From contig CAWEDJ010000034.1 in the NCBI GenBank assembly GCA_963807635.1, positions 1-29,889 of the forward strand: DNA of 29,889 nt, given 5' to 3'. This document shows positions 1 through 10,067 of the stretch, one piece after another (position 1 is the first letter of the stretch; each line of letters opens with the position of its first letter). The notes under the pieces were generated by a model. That model did no database searches. It saw only the letters and a program-made list of their open reading frames with translations, and was not told where the DNA came from. The DNA comes from an uncultured cyanobacterium (GTDB taxonomy: Bacteria > Cyanobacteriota > Cyanobacteriia > Cyanobacteriales > Microcystaceae). The translations under genes were made by a program, and so were the position numbers.

Positions 1-63
1 AAATATAGATCGACAGAGTGCGTTCCAGAAATACGATCCATAGGTACAGAATATTACCTAACG

Positions 64-1071
64 TTATTTTTTTCTTCTAGAATGCTTTTTTTTCCTGCTC
101 GAAGGACGGAATTGAAATTTATTTAGCCAAGTAAAAGGTAAAAACTCTATTTTGGAAGCCCCGCACTCTCGACATCGGTACTTTTTTCTGAGAGTTATCC
201 ACAAACCAAATTTCTTTAGAAACCCAAGATGTTGGGAAGGCTGCATATGATTGCTACCACAGCGAAAACAGTGAAGAGTCGATAAAATCTTCAAATTTGG
301 AAGATTTTCTTGTTGGTAGTCCTCATATAACTTAGTGACTAGCCAAAGAAAAACAGAAGAAATATCTTTTGAGATAAGACTAAACCCTTTTTCATCGGGA
401 GAAATTTGGATGGCTGAATAAAAACACTGATAGTTGACATCTGCTTCGTCGAGAATGGTGATCAACTCTTGGCACTTATCCATAATTTGTTTTTGTCCGA
501 TTTCCCCTGGCGGCAAAAGATCGCATTGGGTAAAAATCAAACTGAAAGGATACTCTATGTCCTGAACGAGGGATACGAGGATCAGCAGTTGCTTGGTTAT
601 TTTAGTTAAGTTTTCGGTATAAGTGGGGTCATTAACTAGTCGATTTGCATTAATAAACACACAACAACCTTGGGAACTAATTCCCATTTCCTGATAATAG
701 AGATTATTAAAATTACAAAACTCTCCTGGTATATCCCACCAACAGATAAAACAAAGAATATTGTGTTGATTGGATTTTTTTTGTTTGAAGGCAAAGTGAA
801 AATCTGTAATTTTTAAAGTCGGTGGCGGATAAATTCCTTTTGTCAGGACGTACTGTAAAATACTATTGAGTAAGGATTTTTCGTGGTAATGTTGACACTC
901 AAACCAAAGATTTTGAGAATCCGATGTCTCTGGTTTTAAGGAAGAATTTTCTTGTGTTTTTTGAAATTCCGCATAACTGCCAATCAGGAAGACCGTTTTC
1001 CCCGATCCCCGTTCTCCCAAGCTCAAAATATTAAAAGTAGGTGGTAGATAAAATAAACTAGAAATTTTCAT
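64..1071 (-). CDS. TRAFAC-like GTPase-domain protein with C-terminal CxxC..CxxC zinc ribbon and basic tail
   Basis: Walker A LGERGSGKT, G3-like WDIPGE, G4-like FTQCD; C-terminal CFRCGS...YRCRECG. Confidence 0.65.
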   Translation of the reverse strand: MKISSLFYLPPTFNILSLGERGSGKTVFLIGSYAEFQKTQENSSLKPETSDSQNLWFECQHYHEKSLLNSILQYVLTKGIYPPPTLKITDFHFAFKQKKSNQHNILCFICWWDIPGEFCNFNNLYYQEMGISSQGCCVFINANRLVNDPTYTENLTKITKQLLILVSLVQDIEYPFSLIFTQCDLLPPGEIGQKQIMDKCQELITILDEADVNYQCFYSAIQISPDEKGFSLISKDISSVFLWLVTKLYEDYQQENLPNLKILSTLHCFRCGSNHMQPSQHLGFLKKFGLWITLRKKYRCRECGASKIEFLPFTWLNKFQFRPSSRKKKHSRRKK

Positions 1072-1106
1072 CGCTTTAGTATTTTTCTAAAAAAGATTCC
1101 AAAATA

Positions 1107-1198
1107 TAGCGGTGTGTAATTGAATGAGATACAGGCAAAGGATTTAAACTCTTTAGTTTATCAATATTGAGAATCTCTTACTCATAGGGATGCCGTTA
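1107..1198. mobile_element. Degenerate ~92-bp MITE-like element
   Basis: Ends TAGCGGTGTGTAATTGAATGAGATAC and (rc) TAACGGCATCCCTATGAGTAAGAGAT form a weak terminal inverted repeat of the TA-GC type also seen at 25457 and 26867. Confidence 0.4.
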
Positions 1199-1339
1199 TG
1201 GCACAAACGTTATAGAGAGCAGACAGTATTCTACAATCTTTAAGGTTACGTTGCGCCTATCATCCATAAAAATATTGTATAGATATTGTATAGCCATTTA
1301 AGATTATTGTAATTGAAACGATGGGCCAATCGCGGGGAA

Positions 1340-1618
1340 GTTGATTGAGTAACGGATTTTTTTAATCAAAAAGTTAGTATTTTGTCCACTATGGATGATC
1401 GCAATGGATTCGAAAACGTGATCGCTAACAATTTCGGCACTTTGAGCGGAGAGAACCGTAATAAAAATGTGAAAAAGAACGAAAATCGAAGCAGATGCTT
1501 GAATCTAATCGAATTTAGCTCCTTTGCCCGAAGAAATTTAAGTTTATCCGTTTTAGTCAGGACTTTACGACTAAAGCCTCGATAGACAAGCGTTAACAAG
1601 CTTTAAATTTCCTGACAA
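1340..1618 (-). pseudogene. Decayed internal duplicate of the COP23-domain gene at 3076..3861
   Basis: 1381-1445 matches 3321-3385 at 56/65 nt; translates IFITVLSAQSAEIVSDHVFESIAIIHSGQ vs IVLTIPPGQSAEMVRDRVFESIAIADSGQ; AATTTCCTGACAA shared at 1606 and 3520. Confidence 0.8.
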
Positions 1619-1677
1619 TTCTTGACAGAGTTCATACTTAGCTCATACTTAGTTCTCCGTTAGTTTCCATCAATAGC

Positions 1678-1754
1678 CAACTTTATGTCAACTTTATGTC
1701 AACTTTATGTCAACTTTATATTAGCTTTATATTAGCTTAACATAAACTTTATAT
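1678..1754. repeat. Seven tandem 11-bp units (CAACTTTATGT x3, CAACTTTATAT, TAGCTTTATAT, TAGCTTAACAT, AAACTTTATAT)
   Basis: Read directly; looser 11-bp periodicity also at 1629-1672 and 1272-1293. Confidence 0.9.
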
Positions 1755-2043
1755 TTGTCCCAAAAAAAGTCAATGGCTTGCAATCTTAGCCCCAAAACAA
1801 GATTTTTGATTTTTGTCAAATAGTCCAAAAGCATTGAACATAAAGGAATATCGCTTTATTAACAACGGGTTCAAGAATTGTGATTATCAATTGAGTTCAA
1901 TAAATCTTCTCGATCTCGTACTATTGTAAAATCAGGAAAAAGGTATTATTGTTACGTTGGAATTACTTAAGTGAATAAATTTTTAAACTGTTTTACAGGT
2001 ATTTCAAAAAATTCTCTATTAGAAAAATTCTGTATTAAATTTA

Positions 2044-2979
2044 ATGACTGATCCTAAAATGATTAACAAATTAAAATCCACCCCAAACAAGCTTTTCTCT
2101 AAAGCATCGACCTTTTCTCAGGTTGCTATATTATCAGTTCTGATTGGTAGTACTGCCCAAACCCAGTCTGCTGATGCCGCCATCATCGGAACATTTGAAA
2201 TAGAAAGCCCAGGCGTTCAATATAACCAGTTTGGTCAAAATAACGATGGCAATGGGAATATCACGGTTTACAACCAAACCTTTAATGCGGGAACCGCTTC
2301 CACCACCACCGTCGACAACCAAATCTTCAGTAGCAGTGCTCCAACAGCCGCAACAGTAACTAGCAATTATCAGTGGGTTGCTAATGGCACGACCATTGGA
2401 AGCTACGACAAAATTTATGCTACTGTCCCCGATAACTACGGCGGCTCAATTGACCCCACTAGTAATAAGGCACGCAGTAACTATGTCACCGTTAATCCCA
2501 ATGGTAATTCGGGTGGATTAAAAACTTCTACCCTGACTTTGACGCAAAATCAAAAATATTTCGGTTTGTGGTGGTCTGCTGGAGACTTAAATAATAGACT
2601 TCAATTTTACGATGCCAATAACACCCTGGTTGGAACTTTTTTATCTAGTGATATAACGGCAGCAATTAAACGGCTCCCTACCGCTACCCAAACTTCTTAT
2701 CAAGGAAACCCGACCCAAAGCCCTAATAAAACAAATACGACTGAATATTATGCCTATCTGAACTTTTTTGCGACAGATACTACCTCATTCAGAAAAGTTG
2801 TTTTTACGAATCTTACCTCTACTGGATTTGAAAGTGATAACCATGCGGTTGCTACTTCCTATAACAAGATTCGGGGACAAAATGTTGCGGTACCAGAACC
2901 CCTAACCATTTTAGGTGCGGCAACGGCGGCGGCTTTTGGTGCTTCCTTCAAACGACGTTTGGCTAACGCTAAAAAATAA
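2044..2979 (+). CDS. PEP-CTERM (exosortase-sorted) surface protein, Npun_F0296-like
   Basis: Signal-like N-terminus, Thr/Asn/Ser-rich body, YFGLWWSAGD and FESDNHA motifs, C-terminal VPEP + hydrophobic helix + KRR. Confidence 0.9.
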   Translation: MTDPKMINKLKSTPNKLFSKASTFSQVAILSVLIGSTAQTQSADAAIIGTFEIESPGVQYNQFGQNNDGNGNITVYNQTFNAGTASTTTVDNQIFSSSAPTAATVTSNYQWVANGTTIGSYDKIYATVPDNYGGSIDPTSNKARSNYVTVNPNGNSGGLKTSTLTLTQNQKYFGLWWSAGDLNNRLQFYDANNTLVGTFLSSDITAAIKRLPTATQTSYQGNPTQSPNKTNTTEYYAYLNFFATDTTSFRKVVFTNLTSTGFESDNHAVATSYNKIRGQNVAVPEPLTILGAATAAAFGASFKRRLANAKK

Positions 2980-3075
2980 TCAAGATACGGGTCATGAATT
3001 CTTAATAGAGTGATAGTTATCGGTGTTTCTGAATAGAGACAGATCAACACTGATAATTTTTTTATCTGACTGTAT

Positions 3076-3861
3076 TTAACGAAATTTATCTGTATTAAAA
3101 CGATGGGATGATTTAGGCGAAGTTGATTTACTAATGGATTTTTTCAATTGTTCTCCTGTTCCACCATCCGATTGGGCAAGAAAGGGTCTTAGATTAATGC
3201 CATTGGTATTTTTGCAATTTTTTTGGGCTTGGGCAGGAGCTTTTCCTCCTAGTAATTCGCCGAGTTGATTAAGAAAATTATTATTTTTTCCACCTGTGTA
3301 GGCATTGACTCCCTGGGTCATTTGGCCACTATCGGCGATCGCAATGGATTCAAAAACGCGATCGCGAACCATTTCAGCACTTTGACCAGGGGGAATGGTC
3401 AGAACAATGCGACAGCTAGGAACTTGTTGGGTAGTGACGCAGATAGTTTGATAATTATTTTCGTAACCTGTTTTGAGTTCTTCTAGTCCATCGGGACGAT
3501 ACATTTCCAAACGCTGACTAATTTCCTGACAACGACGTTCTGCTGTCCAACCATCCCCCAAGCTTCTCGGCACTGCCCAAGGATAGGAGCGACCTGGCTG
3601 ATTGTCGGGACGATACATTACCGTTGGTTCCCCATTAAAATATTCACAATTGAAACGGGTATTACTGGCTTGGGGACTAGGAGAAGAGGGAGATTGGGGA
3701 GAGGGCGGCGATGGCAGAGATTGAGGCTCGGCATTAATAATAATATCTGTGGGCGGTGGACTCCCGTAACGCTTGATAGGAGCGGCACTTACTGCTTGAG
3801 ATCCTAAAAAAACAAATCCCATTCCCCAAACTAAAATCTTATTCATGGCATCCTCACTCAA
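3076..3861 (-). CDS. COP23 (circadian oscillating protein) domain protein
   Basis: Signal peptide, Pro-rich linker, RFNC..., GWTAERRCQEISQRLE, ICVTT...CRIVLT. Confidence 0.8.
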   Translation of the reverse strand: MSEDAMNKILVWGMGFVFLGSQAVSAAPIKRYGSPPPTDIIINAEPQSLPSPPSPQSPSSPSPQASNTRFNCEYFNGEPTVMYRPDNQPGRSYPWAVPRSLGDGWTAERRCQEISQRLEMYRPDGLEELKTGYENNYQTICVTTQQVPSCRIVLTIPPGQSAEMVRDRVFESIAIADSGQMTQGVNAYTGGKNNNFLNQLGELLGGKAPAQAQKNCKNTNGINLRPFLAQSDGGTGEQLKKSISKSTSPKSSHRFNTDKFR

Positions 3862-4221
3862 TTAATTGATTGACGTTACTTCCAGTTAATCAAGGGATAG
3901 GGAGAATGAAAGAGAGAGTCAGACAGTTTCCTAATTGCCTCAAAACCGAGCTGCCGAAAAATTCTCTTCGCGGTTGGTAAAGACCATTCATTCCCTCAAA
4001 TGACTAGTAATATTTCAATTTTATTTAAAATTCAACTCTTCTGTCGCCTAAAAGCCTTAAAAGAAGCAAGTTTGTTGCGATCGCCCCCATTTGCACCGAT
4101 CAAATAAAAATTGCCTGGTTGTAAATTCATATTAAGTGCAAAATTTGAAATAACTTTTTATAAACTAAAATAAAATCAACAGAATGATTGAAGTAGTAAA
4201 AACAGCAAAAACGATTAAAAA

Positions 4222-4650
4222 ATGGAAGAATTACTGGAACTTAAGACCTTATTACTCGGTGGAAACGTCTCTGAAGCCTTGCTATTAGTAGAGGAAATGA
4301 CAGAAATGAGCAAGGATGACAAACTCAATAAAATTTTTAGTTTTGGTATTATTTTGTTATTACATTTAATCAAACAACAGGCGGAGAAACGAACGACACG
4401 ATCCTGGGATGTTTCCATTCGTAATTCTGTACGACAAATTCAACGCTCTAATAAACGACGTAAAGCTAATGGCAATTACCTAACGCCTGAAGAATTACAA
4501 GAAACGTTGCTTGATGCTTACAAATCTGCTTTAGATAAAGCCGCACTGGAAGCTTTTGAAGGGAGGTATGAGGCAGAAGCGATCGCAGAAATGATTGATC
4601 GTAATTTGATCTTGAATCAGGCAATGGAGTTGATTTTGGAAGAAACATGA
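4222..4650 (+). CDS. DUF29 family protein
   Basis: EEM-EMSKDDK, ILLLHLIK, RSWDVSIRNS typical of cyanobacterial DUF29. Confidence 0.85.
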   Translation: MEELLELKTLLLGGNVSEALLLVEEMTEMSKDDKLNKIFSFGIILLLHLIKQQAEKRTTRSWDVSIRNSVRQIQRSNKRRKANGNYLTPEELQETLLDAYKSALDKAALEAFEGRYEAEAIAEMIDRNLILNQAMELILEET

Positions 4651-4771
4651 ACCGAAGTAAACTATTTTTTAAAATTTATAAATTTCTCTATTTTTAACTG
4701 ACTGTCATTCGATAAAATGTAAAATAAATTGTTTACTCTGTTTTCCCTATAATCTAAATCATCTAACTGTA

Positions 4772-5542
4772 ATGGAAATTTTGCCCGCAATTGATTTACT
4801 GGATGGTCGTTGTGTCCGACTTTACCAAGGCGATTATCAACAATCCCAGATTTATCACGAAAACCCCGTTGAAGTTGCCAGACAATGGGCAGAGCAGGGA
4901 GCCACTCGTTTACACCTAGTCGATCTTGATGGCGCAAAAGTCGGTCAGCCCGTGAATTTAGCCGCTATTGAAGCCATTATTCGAGCCGTTGATATTCCCG
5001 TACAAGTGGGAGGTGGATTACGCGATCGCGCCAGTGTTATTAAATTACTAGAAATCGGAGTCGGACGGGTAATTTTAGGAACCGTTGCCGTAGAACAACC
5101 CGAATTAGTCGGAAGTTTATGTCAGGAATTTCCCAATCAAATCGTCGTCGGAATTGATGCCCGCAATGGCAAAGTCGCCACCAGGGGATGGTTAGAAACT
5201 TCTACCGTAGAAGCGACGGACTTGGCCCAACAAATGGAAAAATTAGGAGCCGCCGCCATTATTTACACCGATATTCACCGTGATGGAACCCTAGTTGGCC
5301 CGAATTTAGACGCTTTACGGGAAATCGCTGCTCCCCTAGAGATTCCTGTGATTGCCTCTGGAGGAGTCAGTGCGTTACGGGATTTATTGAGTTTATTGTC
5401 CCTCGAACCCTTGGGAGTCAATGGCGTTATCGTCGGAAAAGCCCTTTATACAGGAGATGTGGACTTAAAAGAAGCCATTTCAGCCGTTGGTCAGGGCCGT
5501 TGGCAGGATGTTCCCCCCGAAGGATTTCCCCGTTTTGCTTAA
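4772..5542 (+). CDS. hisA: Phosphoribosylformimino-5-aminoimidazole carboxamide ribotide isomerase
   Basis: [48 protein letters not shown]. Confidence 0.98.
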   Translation: MEILPAIDLLDGRCVRLYQGDYQQSQIYHENPVEVARQWAEQGATRLHLVDLDGAKVGQPVNLAAIEAIIRAVDIPVQVGGGLRDRASVIKLLEIGVGRVILGTVAVEQPELVGSLCQEFPNQIVVGIDARNGKVATRGWLETSTVEATDLAQQMEKLGAAAIIYTDIHRDGTLVGPNLDALREIAAPLEIPVIASGGVSALRDLLSLLSLEPLGVNGVIVGKALYTGDVDLKEAISAVGQGRWQDVPPEGFPRFA

Positions 5543-5545
5543 CAT

Positions 5546-6973
5546 TTACGCTTTTATGGCTTGATAACGCTGTTTAAATGTCTGTTGTTGGTGATGATGA
5601 TCAACGATGGGTTCAGGATAACCGACCGCTAGGCGTTCTAAACGAGAAATATTCCCCGTCAAGATTGATTTTGTGTCAAAAGCGCGTAATTCGGGCAACC
5701 ATTGTCGGATATATTCCCCCTCTGGATCAAACTTTTGCGCCTGAGTCATGGGATTAAATATTCGCAGTGGTTTAGCATCCATGCCACTCGATGCACTCCA
5801 TTGCCAACCCCCATTATTGGCCGCCAAATCACCGTCATATAATTTCTGCATAAAATATTTTTCGCCCCACTGCCAATTAATGATCAAATCTTTGGTCAAA
5901 AAACTAGCCACAATCATGCGAGAACGGTTGTGCATCCAGCCTGTTTCATTGAGTTGACGCATAGCCGCATCGACCATCGGATAACCTGTTTTTCCGTCAC
6001 ACCAGGCTTGAAAATATGCCTCATTATTATCCCAAGAAAACTGTTTGAAAATATCTCGATAGGGGCCTTGGGCTAAATTGGAAAAAAAGAAGAGACAATG
6101 TTGATAAAATTCTCGCCAGGCTAGTTCTTGTTGCCAGACTTTAATACTATTTCTTTCTTCATCGCTTCGACTATTTTCTAAGGCAATAACTGTTTTTTGC
6201 CAAATCGTCCGAATGGCGATCGCGCCAAATTTTAGAGCCGCACTCAGTTGGGATGTGCCGTCAATAGCAGGAAAATTACGTTGTTCTTGATAATTGCTTA
6301 AACTCGTTTCTACAAAAAAATCTAGTCTTTCTTGGGCAGCTTTTTCACCAGGATTCAGTAATAGCGGTTTGTCCCAAATAAATCCTAATTCTTGTAATGT
6401 CGGTAACTTGATTGCACCAATTTTTTTAACTAACTCAATTTGCTCATTACTTAAACCTTGAAGGGTATCAGGCGTTTTAGCAATATCGGCTTTCGGTTGT
6501 TGAATCCAATTTTTCCAAAAGGGGGTATAAACTGTGTAGACAGTTTTTGACTGGGATAAAATAGAACCTGGATAATGTAATAATTGATCCCAAAAAGTTT
6601 CAACTTTAATATTTTTTTCTCTCAACTGTTGAGCAATTTGTTGATCCCGCTTTTGGGCATAGGGTTCGGTATCTAAGTTCCAAAAAATCGAATTTATTTT
6701 TAACGCTTCAGCAAGTTCCAAAATTCTAGTTTCTGGTTCCCCTTGAAGAATTAATAATTGACTGCCTAATTCTTGGTAACTTTTGCTTAATTCTGCTAAA
6801 CACCCTAAAAGATAACTCACTCTTGCTGGTGCGATATCATCTGCTTTTAAAATATTCGGATCAAGACAAAAACAACCAATAATTTTATGACTTTTTTCCC
6901 AGGCTTTAGAAAGTCCAATATTATCAGAAACTCGTAAATCTCGACGATGCCAAAATAAAATTAAGTCAGTCAT
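5546..6973 (-). CDS. phrA: Deoxyribodipyrimidine (class I CPD) photolyase
   Basis: [58 protein letters not shown]. Confidence 0.95.
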   Translation of the reverse strand: MTDLILFWHRRDLRVSDNIGLSKAWEKSHKIIGCFCLDPNILKADDIAPARVSYLLGCLAELSKSYQELGSQLLILQGEPETRILELAEALKINSIFWNLDTEPYAQKRDQQIAQQLREKNIKVETFWDQLLHYPGSILSQSKTVYTVYTPFWKNWIQQPKADIAKTPDTLQGLSNEQIELVKKIGAIKLPTLQELGFIWDKPLLLNPGEKAAQERLDFFVETSLSNYQEQRNFPAIDGTSQLSAALKFGAIAIRTIWQKTVIALENSRSDEERNSIKVWQQELAWREFYQHCLFFFSNLAQGPYRDIFKQFSWDNNEAYFQAWCDGKTGYPMVDAAMRQLNETGWMHNRSRMIVASFLTKDLIINWQWGEKYFMQKLYDGDLAANNGGWQWSASSGMDAKPLRIFNPMTQAQKFDPEGEYIRQWLPELRAFDTKSILTGNISRLERLAVGYPEPIVDHHHQQQTFKQRYQAIKA

Positions 6974-6988
6974 AAAATTTTAAGAAAT

Positions 6989-7243
6989 CTAAGGATTAGG
7001 AAAAAATCCAAACTTGATAATGGCTCCCACCACAGTGACAATTAAAACCCAGATTTGAGAACGCTGAGAACCTTTGAGATCGGTGACATCCACTTTTAAT
7101 TGGGTTATTTCAGCTTCGATTCTCGGTAAAGCCTCTAATTTTTGCTCAATACGGTCAAATCGACTGTCCATTCGGTCTAATCGTTTATCGATCTTTTCCA
7201 GAATATCTTTTAAATCAGTTTCTATGATGACGGGGTTACTCAT
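6989..7243 (-). CDS. Small coiled-coil protein with C-terminal TM helix (XhlA/DUF4164-like)
   Basis: Heptad repeats then QIWVLIVTVVGAIIKFGFF; paralog at 16214..16447. Confidence 0.8.
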   Translation of the reverse strand: MSNPVIIETDLKDILEKIDKRLDRMDSRFDRIEQKLEALPRIEAEITQLKVDVTDLKGSQRSQIWVLIVTVVGAIIKFGFFPNP

Positions 7244-7281
7244 GGGGACTCAGTCCTAAAAATACAAGGTTAACTCAATCT

Positions 7282-7836
7282 TTATTTTAAATCTAAAACT
7301 AATTTCATCCAAAAATAACTGGTAATTGACTTAGCATCAATGGGTTTACCTTCAATAATGGCTTGTTCAAATTCCTCAAAACTCATTAAAACAACTTCAA
7401 TATCTTCATCTTCATCTTGAGCAGGAGGTTTCTCTAATTTCTCTAAATCTTGAGCTAAAAAAGCATAGATAAATTCATCGGAATACCCAGGAGCTAAGGC
7501 AAATTTTCCTAGCGATCGCCATTGATTAGCGCGATAACCTGTTTCTTCTTCTAATTCTCGTTTAATGGTTTCGGCGGGATCTTCAGTTGTTTCAACGGTT
7601 CCTGCGGGAAATTCTAATAATCTACCCTGCACAGCAAAACGATATTGATTGACTAAAACTAATTTTCCGTCGTTGGTAATAGGGACAGCTAAAGCTCCTC
7701 CTGGATGATTAATACATTCCCATTCACCTTCAGCACCATTGGGTAAACGACGTTGACTGACTTCAAAATTAAATTTTCTACCTTGATAGAAAAGGCGTTG
7801 TTTGATCACTTCTGAAGGTTCATTTCCAAGGGACAT
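7282..7836 (-). CDS. nudF: NUDIX hydrolase (ADP-ribose pyrophosphatase-like)
   Basis: Nudix box PAGTVE...IKRELEEETGY; HPGG, QYR, LAPGYSDE. Confidence 0.9.
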   Translation of the reverse strand: MSLGNEPSEVIKQRLFYQGRKFNFEVSQRRLPNGAEGEWECINHPGGALAVPITNDGKLVLVNQYRFAVQGRLLEFPAGTVETTEDPAETIKRELEEETGYRANQWRSLGKFALAPGYSDEFIYAFLAQDLEKLEKPPAQDEDEDIEVVLMSFEEFEQAIIEGKPIDAKSITSYFWMKLVLDLK

Positions 7837-7898
7837 TTTTGATTTTCCTGAATAATTTAGGTTGTCTTAATCGGTTTAATTAATCGACAAAATAAGCA

Positions 7899-8390
7899 CT
7901 ATTTTAACAGAGAATTACGATTTATAATCCCTGAACAATCGATCGCCTGGGATAACTGTAAAATGGTCTGTCTAGAAATGGGTTCAATCCAATGGGCGGC
8001 AATTTCAGCTAAGGGAACTAAAACAAACGCCCGTTCATTCATGCGAGGATGGGGAATCGTTAAATTCGGCATTTCTAGGATTAAATCACCATACAACAGT
8101 ATATCTAAATCTAAAATTCTTGGCCCCCAACGCTCCTGACGAATCCGACCAAATTGCTGTTCAATTTTTAAAAGAATTTGTAAAAGGTCTTCAGGCAATA
8201 ACTCGGTTTCTAGAATTGCACATCCGTTGACGTAATCGGGTTGGGGCGGCCCCACAGGAACCGTTTCGTACCAGCTAGAATAGGAAATAAGCTCTATGCC
8301 TGAAGTCTGAGACAAGCTCTCTAGGGCTTGATTTAAGATCTGTTTAGATTCTCCTAAGTTACTGCCTAACGCGATCGCACATTTCACCAT
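7899..8390 (-). CDS. folK: 2-amino-4-hydroxy-6-hydroxymethyldihydropteridine diphosphokinase
   Basis: IALGSNLG, QPDYVN, RWGPRILDLDILLY, IPHPRMNERAFVLVPL. Confidence 0.97.
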   Translation of the reverse strand: MVKCAIALGSNLGESKQILNQALESLSQTSGIELISYSSWYETVPVGPPQPDYVNGCAILETELLPEDLLQILLKIEQQFGRIRQERWGPRILDLDILLYGDLILEMPNLTIPHPRMNERAFVLVPLAEIAAHWIEPISRQTILQLSQAIDCSGIINRNSLLK

Positions 8391-8486
8391 AGTAATTTTA
8401 TGGGTAAATCTGAGAGTTTAAAAATTCATTCCCTATTCACTATAAATCTTTTTCTCTATCATTAATTACTCTTTTTTAGAATCCTA

Positions 8487-9986
8487 ATGAGTCTTTGTAT
8501 TAATCCTGTTTGTTCCCAGCCGAATAATTCTGATATTCATCGGTTTTGTCAAGCCTGCGGTTCAGAATTAATTTTAATTAATCGCTATCGAGTGGTACGT
8601 TTACTCAGTGATAAAGGAGGATTTGCCAATACCTACGAAGTCCAAGAAAAAGAAACTTTAAAAGTGCTGAAAGTGCTAACCCACGATCATCCCCACGCGA
8701 TCGCGCTCTTTCAGCAAGAAGCTCAGGTTTTAAGTGAATTAAATCATCCAGGAATTCCCAAGGGAGAGGGCTATTTTACTTATTTTATAAGAAATAATCC
8801 AACACCCTTACATTGTCTGGTCATGGAAAAGATTGAAGGAGTTGATCTTGAAGAATATTTACATCAAAAGCAATATCAACCAATTGATCAAATCCTCGCT
8901 TTAGAGTGGCTAGAGCAATTAGCAAAAATTTTACATAAAGTCCATCATCATCATTTTTTTCATCGAGATATTAAACCTTCTAATATTATTTTAAAACCGA
9001 CGGGTCAATTAGTTTTAATTGATTTTGGAGCCGTTCGTCAAGTCACCCAAACCATTTTAGCAGGAGGGCAAAATACACGTTTATTTACGTCTGGTTACGC
9101 TCCTCCTGAGCAAGAAAAAGGCTATGCAGTTCAACAATCCGATTTTTTTGCCTTAGGGAGAACCTTTGTTTTTTTATTAACAGGAAAAGATCCTAATAGC
9201 TCGGATATCTATGATTTTCAGCATAACGAATTAAAATGGCGTAAATTAGCCCCTGAAATTGATCCTCAACTGGCAGATTTTATTGATTTGTTAATGGCCG
9301 ATAAGGTTAATCAGCGACCTGAAACCATCGATATTATTTTAAAAAATCTCAAAAAACTCACAAAAGACCTAAATAAACCTGTTAAACCTTTAACTACGCA
9401 AGTTAAGACCCAGGCAATTATTCCTAACAATTATGCGGGCTTTTGGTTACGCGTCCAGGCTGCGACATTAGATACGGTGATCGTTATGATTATTGCCGCG
9501 ATCGCAGGCAGTTTATTGATTAATCACCTGATGACAACTGGATTATTGATTCGCTTGGGAATGGGTATAACGTCTGAACATTTGATCTGGCCCATTGTGA
9601 TTGCATCGGGAATAGGAACAACAGTCTTGGGATATGTTATTCCCCTTATTTTAGGTATTTTTTGTCTCTTTAATCCCAGTTATTTTTTGCATCAATTTAG
9701 TTTACCATTGGTGGCTTTAGTATTAGGTATTTTAATCAAATGGTTATATTTTATTCTGCTTGAATCTTCTCCCCTCAAAGCTACTTTGGGCAAATTAATT
9801 ATGGGGCTAGTGGTCTGCGATCGCAACGGTCAGAGAATTTCTATGGGAATGGCAAATAAACGTTATTGGGCAAAATTATTATCAACCATGACCCTGTATA
9901 TTGGCTTTATGTTATCAGGATGGACAAAAAAGAAACGCGCCCTCCATGACATGATTGCTGACACTTTAATTATGAAAAAAGATTAA
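8487..9986 (+). CDS. Hanks-type Ser/Thr kinase with 4-Cys prefix and C-terminal RDD membrane domain
   Basis: CINPVC...FCQACG; HRDIKPSN, DFG, GYAPPEQ; YAGFWLR...ATLGK...KRALHDMIADT. Confidence 0.9.
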   Translation: MSLCINPVCSQPNNSDIHRFCQACGSELILINRYRVVRLLSDKGGFANTYEVQEKETLKVLKVLTHDHPHAIALFQQEAQVLSELNHPGIPKGEGYFTYFIRNNPTPLHCLVMEKIEGVDLEEYLHQKQYQPIDQILALEWLEQLAKILHKVHHHHFFHRDIKPSNIILKPTGQLVLIDFGAVRQVTQTILAGGQNTRLFTSGYAPPEQEKGYAVQQSDFFALGRTFVFLLTGKDPNSSDIYDFQHNELKWRKLAPEIDPQLADFIDLLMADKVNQRPETIDIILKNLKKLTKDLNKPVKPLTTQVKTQAIIPNNYAGFWLRVQAATLDTVIVMIIAAIAGSLLINHLMTTGLLIRLGMGITSEHLIWPIVIASGIGTTVLGYVIPLILGIFCLFNPSYFLHQFSLPLVALVLGILIKWLYFILLESSPLKATLGKLIMGLVVCDRNGQRISMGMANKRYWAKLLSTMTLYIGFMLSGWTKKKRALHDMIADTLIMKKD

Positions 9987-9994
9987 ATTTTAAA

Positions 9995-10066
9995 AGCTGG
10001 TGACGGGATTTGAACCTGCGACCGTCCGCTTACAAGGCGGGTGCTCTACCCCTGAGCTACACCAGC
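9995..10066 (-). tRNA. trnT: tRNA-Thr(UGU), intronless, CCA not encoded
   Basis: GCTGGTG TA GCTC AGGGGTA GAGC A CCCGC CT TGT AA GCGGA CGGTC GCAGG TTCAAAT CCCGT CACCAGC T cloverleaf. Confidence 0.95.
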
Positions 10067-10067
10067 A

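Noticed and set aside
1366..1599. ORFs 1366..1599 and 1382..1585 as genes
   Set aside because: Off-frame or antisense readings of the COP23 relic.
1678..1754. CRISPR array
   Set aside because: 11-bp tandem units with no spacers and no cas genes.
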